A DNA stretch of 63,993 nt, the filler included, from Octopus bimaculoides (Eukaryota): the NCBI RefSeq assembly GCF_001194135.2. It is 5 parts of 5 records of this genome, joined end to end, with 100 filler letters (N's around TTAATTAATTAA, not from the genome) between each part and the next. Parts side by side here need not be neighbours in the genome. Positions count along the whole stretch, not along the records: positions 50,167 to 60,638 come from NC_068982.1; positions 60,739 to 63,993 come from NC_068988.1; 3 more parts are not named here. One strand, 5' to 3'. The translations under genes and the position numbers were made by a program. Under the pieces are notes generated by a model that was given only the letters and a program-made list of their open reading frames with translations, was not told the DNA's origin and searched no databases. This document shows positions 52,111 through 63,993 of this stretch, piece by piece (the first letter of the stretch is position 1; every line of letters begins with the position of its first letter).

Positions 52111-52941
52111 AATTTATTATACATACGAATGCATAATATATACAGTATGTATATCTGGAAATATATGTGTATGTAACACACGTGCACACACTCCCACAGA
52201 TATCTGTACGCATATAGTAAGTATTCCAATAATTCAAGAATTTATCTTTATGTATGTTATTAAATATAGTTTTATCCGTTTATGTTTTCCACACGTCACT
52301 CTCAATTATTCCTTTTCAATGTTATTCTCAATTATTCCTACTAGTCATTTTCGTTTCATTTATGTAAATTAGGTATGCCATTAATATCTTCTAACTTTTT
52401 CTGAATGTGTAAATATTCCTGTAAATATTTCTGGAGATACACTAGAACAAACGTCGTGTTGAAGATTTTAACTCATAGAAAAACAGACAGGCGTCCACAG
52501 TTGTACCATTGTCTCCAATTAACCAGACTGCCTTTTCCTAAATTCTATGTCAATTTTGGAGATACCTTGATACTTCAGATTATCTCTTCTTTTCATTTGC
52601 AGTTGATTCCACATGCCACCAGGCGATTGTTCTCACTCTCTGGGTACGGTCTATTTCTTCCATTTATTTTACACGCACGCACACAGACACACACACTTAT
52701 ACATTACGGTGATGTGCTTGCATAGCAAGTAAACTGATCTTCGATCGTGTGCTGAAACAGAAACAATTGCAGCGTGGAAGTTGTTTATAAGCCATTTAAA
52801 AACAGCAAAAAACAAAACAAAATGAAACGTTAAATTCACTTTAATATTCAAATTTAATGTCAAAATTTTTTCGTTGCTTTGAAACCGCGACCTGTTCGCT
52901 GAAAAAATCTGTGCTACGCTGCAATTGTCTGCGCGCACACA

Positions 52942-52944
<3 letters not shown>

Positions 52945-52977
<33 letters not shown>

Positions 52978-52978
52978 G
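52945..52978. repeat. (GCAA)n microsatellite next to a SINE B head
   Basis: Direct reading. Confidence 0.9.
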
Positions 52979-55717
52979 GCGATTTGGCAGAAACGTTAGC
53001 ACACCATGCGGAATGCTTGGCAGTATTTCGTCTGTCTTTGCTTTCTGGGCTCAAATTTCGCCGAGATCGACTTTGTCTTTCATCCTTTCGGAGTCGATAA
53101 ATTAAGTACCAGTTGAGTATTGGGGTCGATCTAATCGACTGCCCGCTCCCTCAAATTTCTGGCCTTGTGCCTAGAGTAGAAACGAATATTTACGTTACCA
53201 GGGCCTTAGAATAATACCCACGCAAATATTAGACACGATATATTCAGAACAGTCACTACCCATGAATTTATTCAGAACAATTCCAATCACTACTATTACA
53301 AGCACAACTGGTCATCTTTAGGTCACTTGACCATTTAAGAGGATTCCACCAACATCCTACTACTATCATACCACTCCCCCATTCTTCTTCTTCTTCTTCT
53401 TCTCTCTACTGCTACTTTTAAAAAATCAAAGACAAGAATTTGTATCAAACTACTTCTAGCTGCTGCCAACTACCTAGAACTGACAAGAGTAAAAAAGAGA
53501 GAAACAAAAAAGGAAAGTGTCCCTTGCATTTCAAAACTATGGGAAATCTTTAAAAAAAAAAACATTTCATTTTAGTTTTCCACAATTTAATTGTTTTTCA
53601 TGCTTTACTCTAAGTTGAAAAAGTCACAAAGACTGAAACCGATACAAAAATTTTCTTCATGACAAAATTGTTTTAGCATTTTCTATGGGTGGGTGTGTCT
53701 ATGTATGTATTGTTCACTCCCTCGTATTTTTGCTTAATTGAAAGTTCATGAATAGTATTTTCATTTGTTCTCCCCCTACCCCCACCCACCCCACACACGA
53801 ACACGTATATTTAAGTATTTATGTGTATGTGAATATTGGAACAGGAACGACCATTCTTCCTTAGATTCATTAATCTAGAAGTGTGTTTGACTGAAGAGAT
53901 ACTATCAGGTCGAAAACTGGTGTCTTAAAGTCCTCTTCGTCAATTGATTGATTATGTAGTCAGCACATATCGTCTGAAAGAAGAACAAATTCTCAGAAGG
54001 CGAAATGAAAGTTATTAATATATTAACGTTCAAATCTACGTGTTAAAAATGATATGTACATCATTGGAAAATAATATTTTCTTTTGCTAGAGTAATCACA
54101 GACAAATCTCTTTTTATTCTGGCGCAGAATAAAAATATTACTATAGACATATATGTGGTACCTGGTTACTTTTCTGCTGACCATTTCTCTGGTGATCATT
54201 ACTTTTCTACTTGGACATTGTGACATAAACTTTGCTATATATACGCACACCAGAATACCAGCAAGGAGATAATATACACTGACATCTCTCTGTGTGGCTT
54301 AACGATACAAATGTCAATGTTCTCGTCATCATAAAAAAAACAACAAAAACTCTGTTAAATAATGTGATTTGTTTTAATATGGAGAATATAAATCCTGTCT
54401 AGGTGGATTTAAATCATTTTAAGCTCTTTTCCAGAATATGCACACCATATATTTCTGTGTAGCGTTGTCAATGTTATTCTTTAATTCCAGATTATGGTGG
54501 CTCATCATCAAGCAGAATGCGTTGAAGTTAGATCTTCTGGAACTTAAAGTTCTGAGTTCAAATTTCGCTGAGGTTAGCTTTGCCTTTCAATCTTTCGAGG
54601 TCGATAAAATAAGTATCAAAGAAGTATTGGAGACAAAATTAATCGATTAAATACCCTTATCCGAATTTCTATTCTTCATTAGAAAAAGTTAAAGCAGATC
54701 TAAGTGTGACCTAAGACAATGCTGTCTTTTCGTTGAGTTATAAAATATCATAAGTCACGTTTCCGAATGTGGCCGCCTTCTTCCTTAAAAACGACGTAAG
54801 GTGTAATCGGTTATCTTTGACAGATTGTGAAGCAACCTCACTGGTTAGCTATGAGAGATACAATAAACGTTCACTGGGGATAGCGTTCCAGTTATTAATT
54901 ATATCATTGTATGACTACCGGGTGGTAGCGAAATTTTTATGATGCGTTTTACCAAGAAATTAACTGTTTTAGGATTATTATTATTAGGTCCAGTATCTCA
55001 TGAGAACCCAGAATAAACCAACGAACGCGAATTTCTATAAACTAATCGCAGGAAACGAAAACGTATTTCTGGCGATTTCTACATTATGCCTGGTAGTGTA
55101 ACTGCATACGTTAACAGTGAGAATAATTATGGAGGAATTCCGGAGAATACTTCATTTGCAATCATTTTCCTATAAGATTTCGCATAGAATAAATGGATTA
55201 AAGGTGACAGAGACATCTACTTTTAAAATCCGTAACACGATAAATTGACAGGGTGTGCAAACGAAATAATGGAAACACGGATGTGCTGTAGCGTTTTTAT
55301 ATATACACATATATTCAGATTGTTCCAACACATCCATGAACGTAGATTCGCTTGTAGTAAATGTGTGCGTGTGTGTGTGCGTGCGTGCGCGCGTATGTGT
55401 ACGTGCGTTTGCGTACAGAATGAGAAATTACCGAGGCCAAGTTTGTCTTTTCAGTCTCCCAAGGAGGCTGACAGAAGTTGAACGTAAGTAATATTTGTTC
55501 ATAATCCGGAATGAAGTAGCAATCAAGCACTGAGGTTGATTAATTCGTATATATCCATCCAGACGCATACAATTTGTTTGTGCTAGTGTTAGAAATAAGT
55601 GTATATGTTAAATCATAAGTATAGTAAATGAAATATATACTGATGAACATCAACTATGTGCAAACACACACATATAAAATTATATATTCCAATATACACA
55701 TACACACACACACACAT

Positions 55718-55750
<33 letters not shown>

Positions 55751-56358
55751 NNNNNNNNNNNNNNNNNNNNNNNNNNNNNNNNNNNNNNNNNNNNNNNNNN
55801 NNNNNNNNNNNNNNNNNNNNNNNNNNNNNNNNNNNNNNNNNNNNNNNNNNNNNNNNNNNNNNNNNNNNNNNNNNNNNNNNNNNNNNNNNNNNNNNNNNNN
55901 NNNNNNNNNNNNNNNNNNNNNNNNNNNNNNNNNNNNNNNNNNNNNNNNNNNNNNNNNNNNNNNNNNNNNNNNNNNNNNNNNNNNNNNNNNNNNNNNNNNN
56001 NNNNNNNNNNNNNNNNNNNNNNNNNNNNNNNNNNNNNNNNNNNNNNNNNNNNNNNNNNNNNNNNNNNNNNNNNNNNNNNNNNNNNNNNNNNNNNNNNNNN
56101 NNNNNNNNNNNNNNNNNNNNNNNNNNNNNNNNNNNNNNNNNNNNNNNNNNNNNNNNNNNNNNNNNNNNNNNNNNNNNNNNNNNNNNNNNNNNNNNNNNNN
56201 NNNNNNNNNNNNNNNNNNNNNNNNNNNNNNNNNNNNNNNNNNNNNNNNNNNNNNNNNNNNNNNNNNNNNNNNNNNNNNNNNNNNNNNNNNNNNNNNNNNN
56301 NNNNNNNNNNNNNNNNNNNNNNNNNNNNNNNNNNNNNNNNNNNNNNNNNNNNNNNNNN

Positions 56359-56411
<53 letters not shown>

Positions 56412-58139
56412 TATATATGTATATGTGTGTTTCAACATATTAATACACATTAATACAGAAATGACCTTTTTTTATTACATGATCTTTCATTGCATTTGAA
56501 CATAGATTATAAAACAAGCTCAGCATAATTCCTTGACTTGGTGCTAGTCTGGTTTTCAAATCGCATTGTATTGGTTTAAGACCTATTTGTATCCATTATT
56601 TATACGCCGAATACAAGATTGATTCTTTTAGTATTTCGAAGAGAAAAAATGATGAGAGGAGAAATGCCCTACTGCATTTAATGCGACTTTCGCCTGTTTC
56701 GGCAACTCCATCTCTGTCTTTCAACAATAGTTTTTATATTATAATTAAGTGAGACGTTTTAAGAGACTAACCATTCGACTGGTGCGCATTTTAACGAATG
56801 AGAAACCATGAAATCTGTGCTGGATTTAAACTTATGATGACAGAGCAGTACAATATAATATACTGTAAGACATTATTCTGACGATCTACTGAATCCTCAT
56901 CTACAGCTTTTCTTTCTTTTAAAAATGTTTGATTTCCATACAGTGACAAAACCATTTGAAGAGTAGATTACAATTGAATAAATTAATGGACATAAATTTT
57001 TATTAGTTCATAGGATACCTGGGCTGAAGGTAAGTCAAGATAAACAAATAATACTTGTGAGATTTGTACTGAAAATTTAGAGGAATGAAATAAAATACCG
57101 GCGGTGCTCCGGAATGGCCACACCCTTAGAGCTGAAACATAACATCTAAATGATTAAAAGAATACAAGGCAGCAAGCTGGTTGTTTTCCTAAAACTTAAT
57201 AACTTTTTAATTGTCTTATACTAGAGGCAATGTAGTGTCCGAGACGGTATAGCGTGAAGCTAAATATGTAGGATATTTCATAGATATTACCAATTTCAAT
57301 TGCATTTTCATTCAAAAACTTCAATAATGCGTTGCTATCGATTCAATGAACGTTGATCTTTCCCCACATATTTGTGCCTTTATGCAAAGGTAAGAATGTG
57401 AAAATTAATTTCCTAATTAATCTACATTAATTACAAAGGTCCAGCATTTCAGGGATGGTCGAAAATAAATATCTTAAGAGCGGGAGACCTAAATAATTTG
57501 AATAGCTTTCCTATTGTCGAGTTACTTAGCCGCAGTTCAGCTATAGAGCTACGCTGAGTAAAGGTATCGGAGGTGTTCACGCTATGAAAATCTAGTCTTC
57601 TAGTATTTCAAATCTACATTATCCGATGTCTTCTCTTCCTAAGACAAAAGATTTGACTACGATTTCTTACAGGTCGAATGACCATGGAGGGGATCTACCG
57701 CGCTTATGGCTTACCTGTTCGAAATAATAATGATCTTTTTTCATAAGCCATAGAATTAGTAGAAAGGAATTGAATCACTACATTATAATACTGTACCTAT
57801 TTATATTGCCGCCAGAGAAGTGAGAAGAGAAAAAGATGTTCGCAAAATAGTTTCTGCCTAATGACAGCTATTACTCAATTTTAGAATATAACTATAGGAC
57901 AATAATGTCTGAATAATAAATCAACAGGAGTGGTCAGTGCTTTTATTTATACGTATTGCAATATATACATATACGTGTGTGTCTGTATGTCTGCCTGCGT
58001 TTGCGCGCGCACGTATACACACACACAAATGTGTATGTATATATGTATAGTTTCGAGCGATATAGCATTATTGATATTTATTAAACAATATTCTCTTAAT
58101 AATTATGTATGTGTATCCATAAGTATGTACGTATGTACG

Positions 58140-58218
<79 letters not shown>

Positions 58219-60260
58219 TAATCATATTTATTTTTGTACATGAATTTTAGTCAGACAAGCCGCCAGCTTTCTTATTATGCACTTAATTTGACGGTAAAGA
58301 GTCTAAAAGATAATTTTCGCCTGTATGACGTTACGTCGATGTATGTATGTATGTATGCATCTCTATGCATATTTGTATATGTATATTCCAATTAAGGCAA
58401 CATAATTATTTGCTGAGATCGAATTATTTCAACTGTTTAAGCATAGCTATCCTTGTGTAAGACAACTTATGAAATTTAAAAATGGCGTGTTGGGAAACCA
58501 TTATTACTTAACGTCTTGCACAGAAGATGAGAAGAATAACTTCATACAACTTGTCCAAATGATGACCTTTCACCTACATTATCAAACTACTGCTTGAAAA
58601 TCGAAAGCTGAAATTTGGCCATAGAAACAGAAGAGTAATTAAAAGTAAATGACGAAAAATGTTAAAGTAGCGAATGTTCAAAAGGAAGAAGTCCTTCATG
58701 TGACTTCCGATGAAGTGGAATCCTCTTTTCTTGCTTCAAGTGTTTCAATGTCTCAATAGCTAATAGATAACACAAGTTTACAAAATCGAAATATACAAAC
58801 GTCTTTTTATGTGACGTTCTCTTTACTGTGACAATGAGAATTAAGGACGCAGATTGACCAACATGTACGATCCAGGATTATGAGCAAATATTACTTATGT
58901 TCAACTTCTGTCAGATTCCTTGTAGTATGCTTATGGCCCATCGTATGTACCGCAGTATCAGATCAGTTGCTGCTTTATACAACAGCAACATCGCATTTAG
59001 ATTCCGGAGTGGTACATTTGTTTAAAATATTTACATTTCAAATCATTTTGGTGATAGTTAAGCTTGAAGAAAGATTGGCTCTGGAAATAGATTTACTTTA
59101 ATTATATTCTATCCAGACAAATTATTCAGCAATATCCCAATATTTGATGTTGCTATAGCGCTAACAATACATATATAAATGAGTAAACTAATTTTTAAAT
59201 CGTACTTTATTCCACCATTCCCTTTTCATAACTAAACCTGCTTCATTACATCTAACGTATGGGTAGGCTTTCTTTACCAGTGTTCTTTCAAAGCTAAATC
59301 TGCTAGTTCCACTGTTCAACTCACTACATCTGATTCACTCTTTCTAAATCACAACTACTTACCAGAAGAGAAACCTTGTTACATACGGGGGCCTCTGAGT
59401 GAATACTTTTGTATGTTAAAAAAGAATGAATAGTTGCTGTCTGCATTAGAATTAACCATCTAAATGGCTTACATTGAACTAAAAATATTGTGAAAAGCAC
59501 TGAAAATTTGTTCTTAATTTTACCATAGAAATCCAACACTTGCTAAGGGCTGGATGATTTTCTTTCGAAACTTAGGTAGATGGCAGCATGATCGACATGA
59601 TAGAAGACGCACGTTGAATTCTAGACATTGTAGTTATAATCGCTCTTGTTATTAAATACATTTTTAAAATCTTGCAAGAAATGTTTTACTTTTGTTCTGA
59701 ATAATCGTGGGTCTTTAAAAGAGGCAATGTATGAGCTATATGAAATGATCATCTTTAACTGCTGTCATCATTCTTTTCTACTCTTGGCACAATGCTCGAA
59801 ATTTTGGGGGAGGGGGCAATTGATCAACTCCAGTACGCAACTGGTACTTAATTTATTGATCCCGAAAGGATGAAAGGCAAAGTTGACCTCGGCGGAATTT
59901 GAACTCAGAACGCAAAGAGAGACGAAATACCGATTTCTTTATTATCCATAAAGGGCTATACACATAATGTTTTAAGACATCACAAAACATAAAGACAATA
60001 CAAAACGCAAACATAAAATCGGGGTAATTAAAATAAAATGATAATATGCAAGAATGAAAAAAAAAATGAGGCGCNNNNNNNNNNACATAAAATCGGGGTA
60101 ATTAAAATAAAATGATAATATGCAAGAATGAAAAAAAAAATGAGGCGCAATGTCCACTCGATCCCCGAAGTCGGGTGGTTACATTTATCCTGCTTTTCAC
60201 TTTTACGATCAACGTCATGTAAACATTTTAACGGTTTTGCAACTCAAAAAATTGAAATAC

Positions 60261-60638
60261 TCACGTTATTTTTCTTCCATTAATCACAGTTACTACCGTC
60301 TTTAACAACTGCAAATAATCAGTTCTAGTGGGTGGTGTCTCCACCAACCATACCCGTTTCGTTATTATATTCTCACCAAGTTCTTTTATGTACTCCCAGT
60401 AGTTTTCCTCATGTATCAAAATGCATTTTTCAGCACATTTCTCAGGCATTTTCACTCTTATTATTTCCTCCAACCTCTCGACTTTTTTCTCCATCTCCTC
60501 GCAATTCTCGTACTTTATCAAAACCCCCTTGTATTTGACATCTTTATCCGTTCTCTCCTCCTCTTCTTGTACATTATTAGTTTCTGGCTTTTTTATCTCT
60601 TTTTTTATTTTCTGTTGACCGTTCCTTTGACTTATTTT
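60261..60638 (-). CDS. Unassigned open reading frame, 5'-open into a gap (TE ORF1 fragment or host exon)
   Basis: Checked by hand: 125 sense codons plus a stop, from the N gap to TGA at 60263-60261, with non-repetitive protein-like sequence. The last codon overlaps a consensus donor (AAC|GTGAGT, 60264-60259). I recognise no domain. Confidence 0.4.
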   Translation of the reverse strand, partial: KISQRNGQQKIKKEIKKPETNNVQEEEERTDKDVKYKGVLIKYENCEEMEKKVERLEEIIRVKMPEKCAEKCILIHEENYWEYIKELGENIITKRVWLVETPPTRTDYLQLLKTVVTVINGRKIT

Positions 60639-61118
60639 NNNNNNNNNNNNNNNNNNNNNNNNNNNNNNNNNNNNNNNNNNNNTTAATTAATTAANNNNNN
60701 NNNNNNNNNNNNNNNNNNNNNNNNNNNNNNNNNNNNNNAAAATTAATAATTAAAAGCACAATAAATGAGTATAATATAAAGTAAAGTAAATATCATAAGA
60801 TAAATATAATAAAAAGATTACACGTGTTTCATAACCAATTTTCAAATAGAAAAGAAATTTAAATCGATTAAAATCAATTGAAATTATCGAAAATAAGTTC
60901 TATTCAAAAATATAGCTACTCGTCAGATCGTAAGTAGAACATAATTAGATATATATCTCAACCAACAATAAGTACCAAATGAATTAATATGAAATACTTA
61001 TTATATAAAGATAGAAAAATTATTTAAAATATATATATATATATATATCGTCTTTTTAGATAAGCAAAAATCCGGAGAAGAAACACACTCTAAGAAGCAG
61101 TTATCTATGTTTATTACT

Positions 61119-61568
61119 GGTGAAGGCCGGTTTATAGGGCCACCTTGGATTTCTCGCCATAAAGCGTACCTTTATGGCTTATCATCAGACCCTAAGACTC
61201 GTTGGCCTATGGCCTCTTCAAAAAAAGATATGGCGCGGTTCCGCATAATAGCGATAATAGCGGTATTAGCGATAATTACATCACAGCCGGAAATTGATTG
61301 CTGATGAGAGTGGAAGATAACCCTCTACTTTTTACCCTCATAGCCGACAGATGGCGTAGTTGAAGGAGGACGACACAGCCTGAAGCTGATGACCAGCAGC
61401 AAAGGGAGATAATCCTCATTGTTTATATCTGTATCGTTTCCCCCTCCATATTCTTTTAAAGAGGCCATAGGCCAACAGGTTTTAGGGTCTGAAGGTTTTA
61501 GGGTCTGAAGGTTTTAGGGAACCTTTATAGCGAGCGACCCAGGGTAACCCTATAAACCGGCATTCGCC
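61119..61568. mobile_element. MITE (450 bp) with about 115-bp imperfect TIRs and GG...CC termini
   Basis: Left ggtgaaggccggtttatagggc...tcagaccctaagactcgttggcctatggcctcttcaaaaaaagatatgg versus the reverse complement of the right end ggcgaatgccggtttatagggt...tcagaccctaaaacctgttggcctatggcctctttaaaagaatatgg. No TSD is visible; the right flank is (AT)n running into a gap. Confidence 0.8.
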
Positions 61569-62629
61569 ATATATATATATATNNNNNNNNNNNNNNNNNN
61601 NNNNNNNNNNNNNNNNNNNNNNNNNNNNNNNNNNNNNNNNNNNNNNNNNNNNNNNNNNNNNNNNNNNNNNNNNNNNNNNNNNNNNNNNNNNNNNNNNNNN
61701 NNNNNNNNNNNNNNNNNNNNNNNNNNNNNNNNNNNNNNNNNNNNNNNNNNNNNNNNNNNNNNNNNNNNNNNNNNNNNNNNNATATATATAATAGAGATGT
61801 GTTCGTATTCACTTTTCACGCAAAAATGGCTTCACCAATTGCTTTCATGTGATGCATGAATAATATGATCTTGGACAAATAATAGCTTGTTCATTTGATT
61901 TTTTTTATTAAAAATTATTGAAAATAAAAATATTGCTTTTTTATATTACATTTACGTCTTTGAGAGTTCTGAAACTATTTACTTCCGGTGTTCTAGCGTC
62001 AGTGACTTAACATATCTCTTTATGTATATCTCTCTATCCTTCTCTCTCTCTCTCTATCTCTCTCTATCTATCTCTCTCTCTCTTTAACATATCTCTATAT
62101 CTCTTGTTTTCACTTTCATTTTTCTGACGCTATTCTTTTCACTTTCAGTTTTCATACGCCATTGTTTAACTTCCATGTTATTGTTTTCACTGTAAGTCTA
62201 AATTTTCAATCACTATTTACAAACAAACAACGACAAATTACTGACAGAAAGATATTCACAAATACTGATGTAAGTAACTTCATAATTTGCTGACAGAAGT
62301 ATCTCCATAAATTTCATTTCAATCCGTACGGTTTTGCGTTTTTCTGTTGTCAACGGTTTCTTTCTGATTCCTTCTATACTGGCTCTTTGGTTCACTGAGT
62401 GACAAATTTCGCTTCAACCCGTACAATACTTTATTTTCCGTTAAAATTTCTTTTTCACTTTCTGCCCGTCGTATTAAGACACATAATTTCCGTTACCAAG
62501 TTATTTTCATTGTTTACTATCTTCTGCACTCGTGTATTTCTGTATACATATTTAACGATGTCTAGAAGGAAAGTGTCAAATTTGTCGGCATAACTACAGA
62601 TTTCTGTCCCCACGTCCAATTTGGATCAT

Positions 62630-62880
62630 CATAACTTTCAGAAAAATGGATATTTTTTAATAAAAGTTTCTACGAATATGTATTATATCATGTAGATTCC
62701 GAATATACAAAATTTTGCGGGATAAGTGTTTTAGGAGGGGGTGGGAAGTTTCTGAAAATTCACCAGTGTCCACTTCAATTCGTCTTCATTTCAAGAAAAT
62801 AGATATTTCTTAATGAAATTCTCTACAAATATACCTCGGTCTATGTAGATTCCGAGGACATAGGAATTTTGGGGAAAACT
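62630..62880 (+). repeat. Two diverged direct repeats (about 90 bp each, period about 150 bp), likely DNA-transposon subterminal repeats
   Basis: ttcagaaaaatggatattttttaataaaagtttctacgaat...atgtagattccgaa versus ttcaagaaaatagatatttcttaatgaaattctctacaaat...atgtagattccgag. Confidence 0.55.
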
Positions 62881-63126
62881 ATTGGGGGTTACTTTTGAGA
62901 ACCGTTCCCCACTCGGGGGTGTTTCGGAACAAGTCGTCCATATTTGTTTCATCTTCTCCGTTCCGTGCGTTTGTACATCTGTAGATTTCTACTGAAGCAA
63001 CAAACAGGCAATGAAGGCAAATGTAGCCTTCACCAGTAAACTTCTTATGTTAAAAGTAACATCTAAAGGTCTGGTACACAGGATTATGTTATTATGACGA
63101 CTTATCTGGGATCTAGTCTTTCTCAG

Positions 63127-63166
<40 letters not shown>

Positions 63167-63819
63167 CTTGTGCGTGTGTTTGTCCCCTACCACCGCTTGA
63201 CAACTGGTGTAAGGGGTATTTACGTCTTCGTAACTTAGTGGTTTGGCAAAAAGTGTCCAATAGAATAAGTACAAAGCTTAAAAAAAAGTACTGGAGTCGA
63301 TTCATTCAACTAAAAATTCTTCCCCAGCATGACCTCAGTCTCACGATTGAAACAAGTAAAAGATAAAAGAATTCCTTCCTTGTTAAACATTTAGTTCATT
63401 TACTAACATATGACTTTCTATCTGTTGCATACACGTTGAATCATAATAAACCATCTTGGTCCTTAATATTTTAATGTGCATGCTAGCCCGTGCAATGTTG
63501 GCAATAGGCCTATGCCATTTTAACTAATGACAGAATGAGGTGAGGGAGGCAGATACGTAAGTCCTCTTTCGACTGGTGACCTCGTTTCAACTTATAATAG
63601 GTTCAGACCAGTTGTGAAATGTATGCCCTTATTTCGATTAGTTATAAACCCAGGCCAGATCTAAACGTAAATTTTCTGTGTTCCATTTACAATTGACTCA
63701 AAGCAGGTATGAAATGAAGTACTCGATTCAATCTATTCATAGAGTATTTTAGTAATCAAAGCGAAATACCAATGACTTTTATGTGGATTATAGATATACA
63801 ATGTGCAGAAGTGGGTGTG

Positions 63820-63993
63820 AGGTAAGTAGCGTGCTAACCAACCACATGGTTCCGGGTTCAGTGTCACTACGTGGCACCTTGGGCAAGTGCCTTCTACTAT
63901 AGCCTCGGGCTGGGCAAAGCCTTGTGAGTGGATTTGGTAGACGGAAACTGAAAAAAGCCCGTCGTATATATGTATATATATATATATATATAT
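63820..63993 (+). mobile_element. SINE family A 5' half running off the window end
   Basis: gtgaggtaagtagcgtgctaaccaaccacatggttccgggttcagtgtcactacgtggcaccttgggcaagtg..., then the internal (TA)n. A separate 3' half lies at about 63130-63370. Confidence 0.88.

Noticed and set aside
11934-60150. Apparent exact tandem duplications at 11934-11988, 26818-27110, 27994-28180 and 60011-60148
   Set aside because: Each pair is separated by exactly 10 Ns with identical sequence on both sides, which is the signature of unmerged contig overlaps, not biology.
17399-60694. Recurrent TTAATTAATTAA palindrome (near 17399, 40820, 50111, 60683)
   Set aside because: It is always embedded between N runs, so it is most likely a synthetic scaffolding linker with stops in all frames.

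Overview
This is a eukaryotic, AT-rich, repeat-dominated window of intronic or intergenic character, with many N gaps. The SINE and microsatellite make-up suggests an octopod cephalopod genome such as Octopus (inference from memory, not a database match). I cannot support any complete host gene, rRNA, true tRNA or CRISPR array, and almost every ORF in the track is translated microsatellite or gap. What the sequence does support: (i) three recurrent tRNA-headed SINE families (my labels A, B, C) plus RTE-LINE 3' tails; (ii) decayed RTE and CR1/L2-type LINE coding fragments; (iii) an internally deleted mariner, a mariner MITE and several other MITEs, some nested with clear target-site duplications (TSDs); (iv) a degenerate tandem array of a dispersed repeat; (v) very long simple-sequence tracts. 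The most unusual object is a young 584-bp MITE at 9154-9737. It has perfect 37-bp terminal inverted repeats (TIRs), an 8-bp TSD and perfect 72-bp inner arms, and it carries a (CCCTAA)n-(TTAGGG)n telomere-repeat palindrome at its centre. Next in interest are a 301-bp foldback element, a 126-codon open frame running into a gap, and speculative micro-exon candidates. I did not find convincing evidence of a new multi-gene system. SINE, LINE and repeat-tract boundaries are approximate; TIR, TSD and splice-site coordinates were counted by hand.
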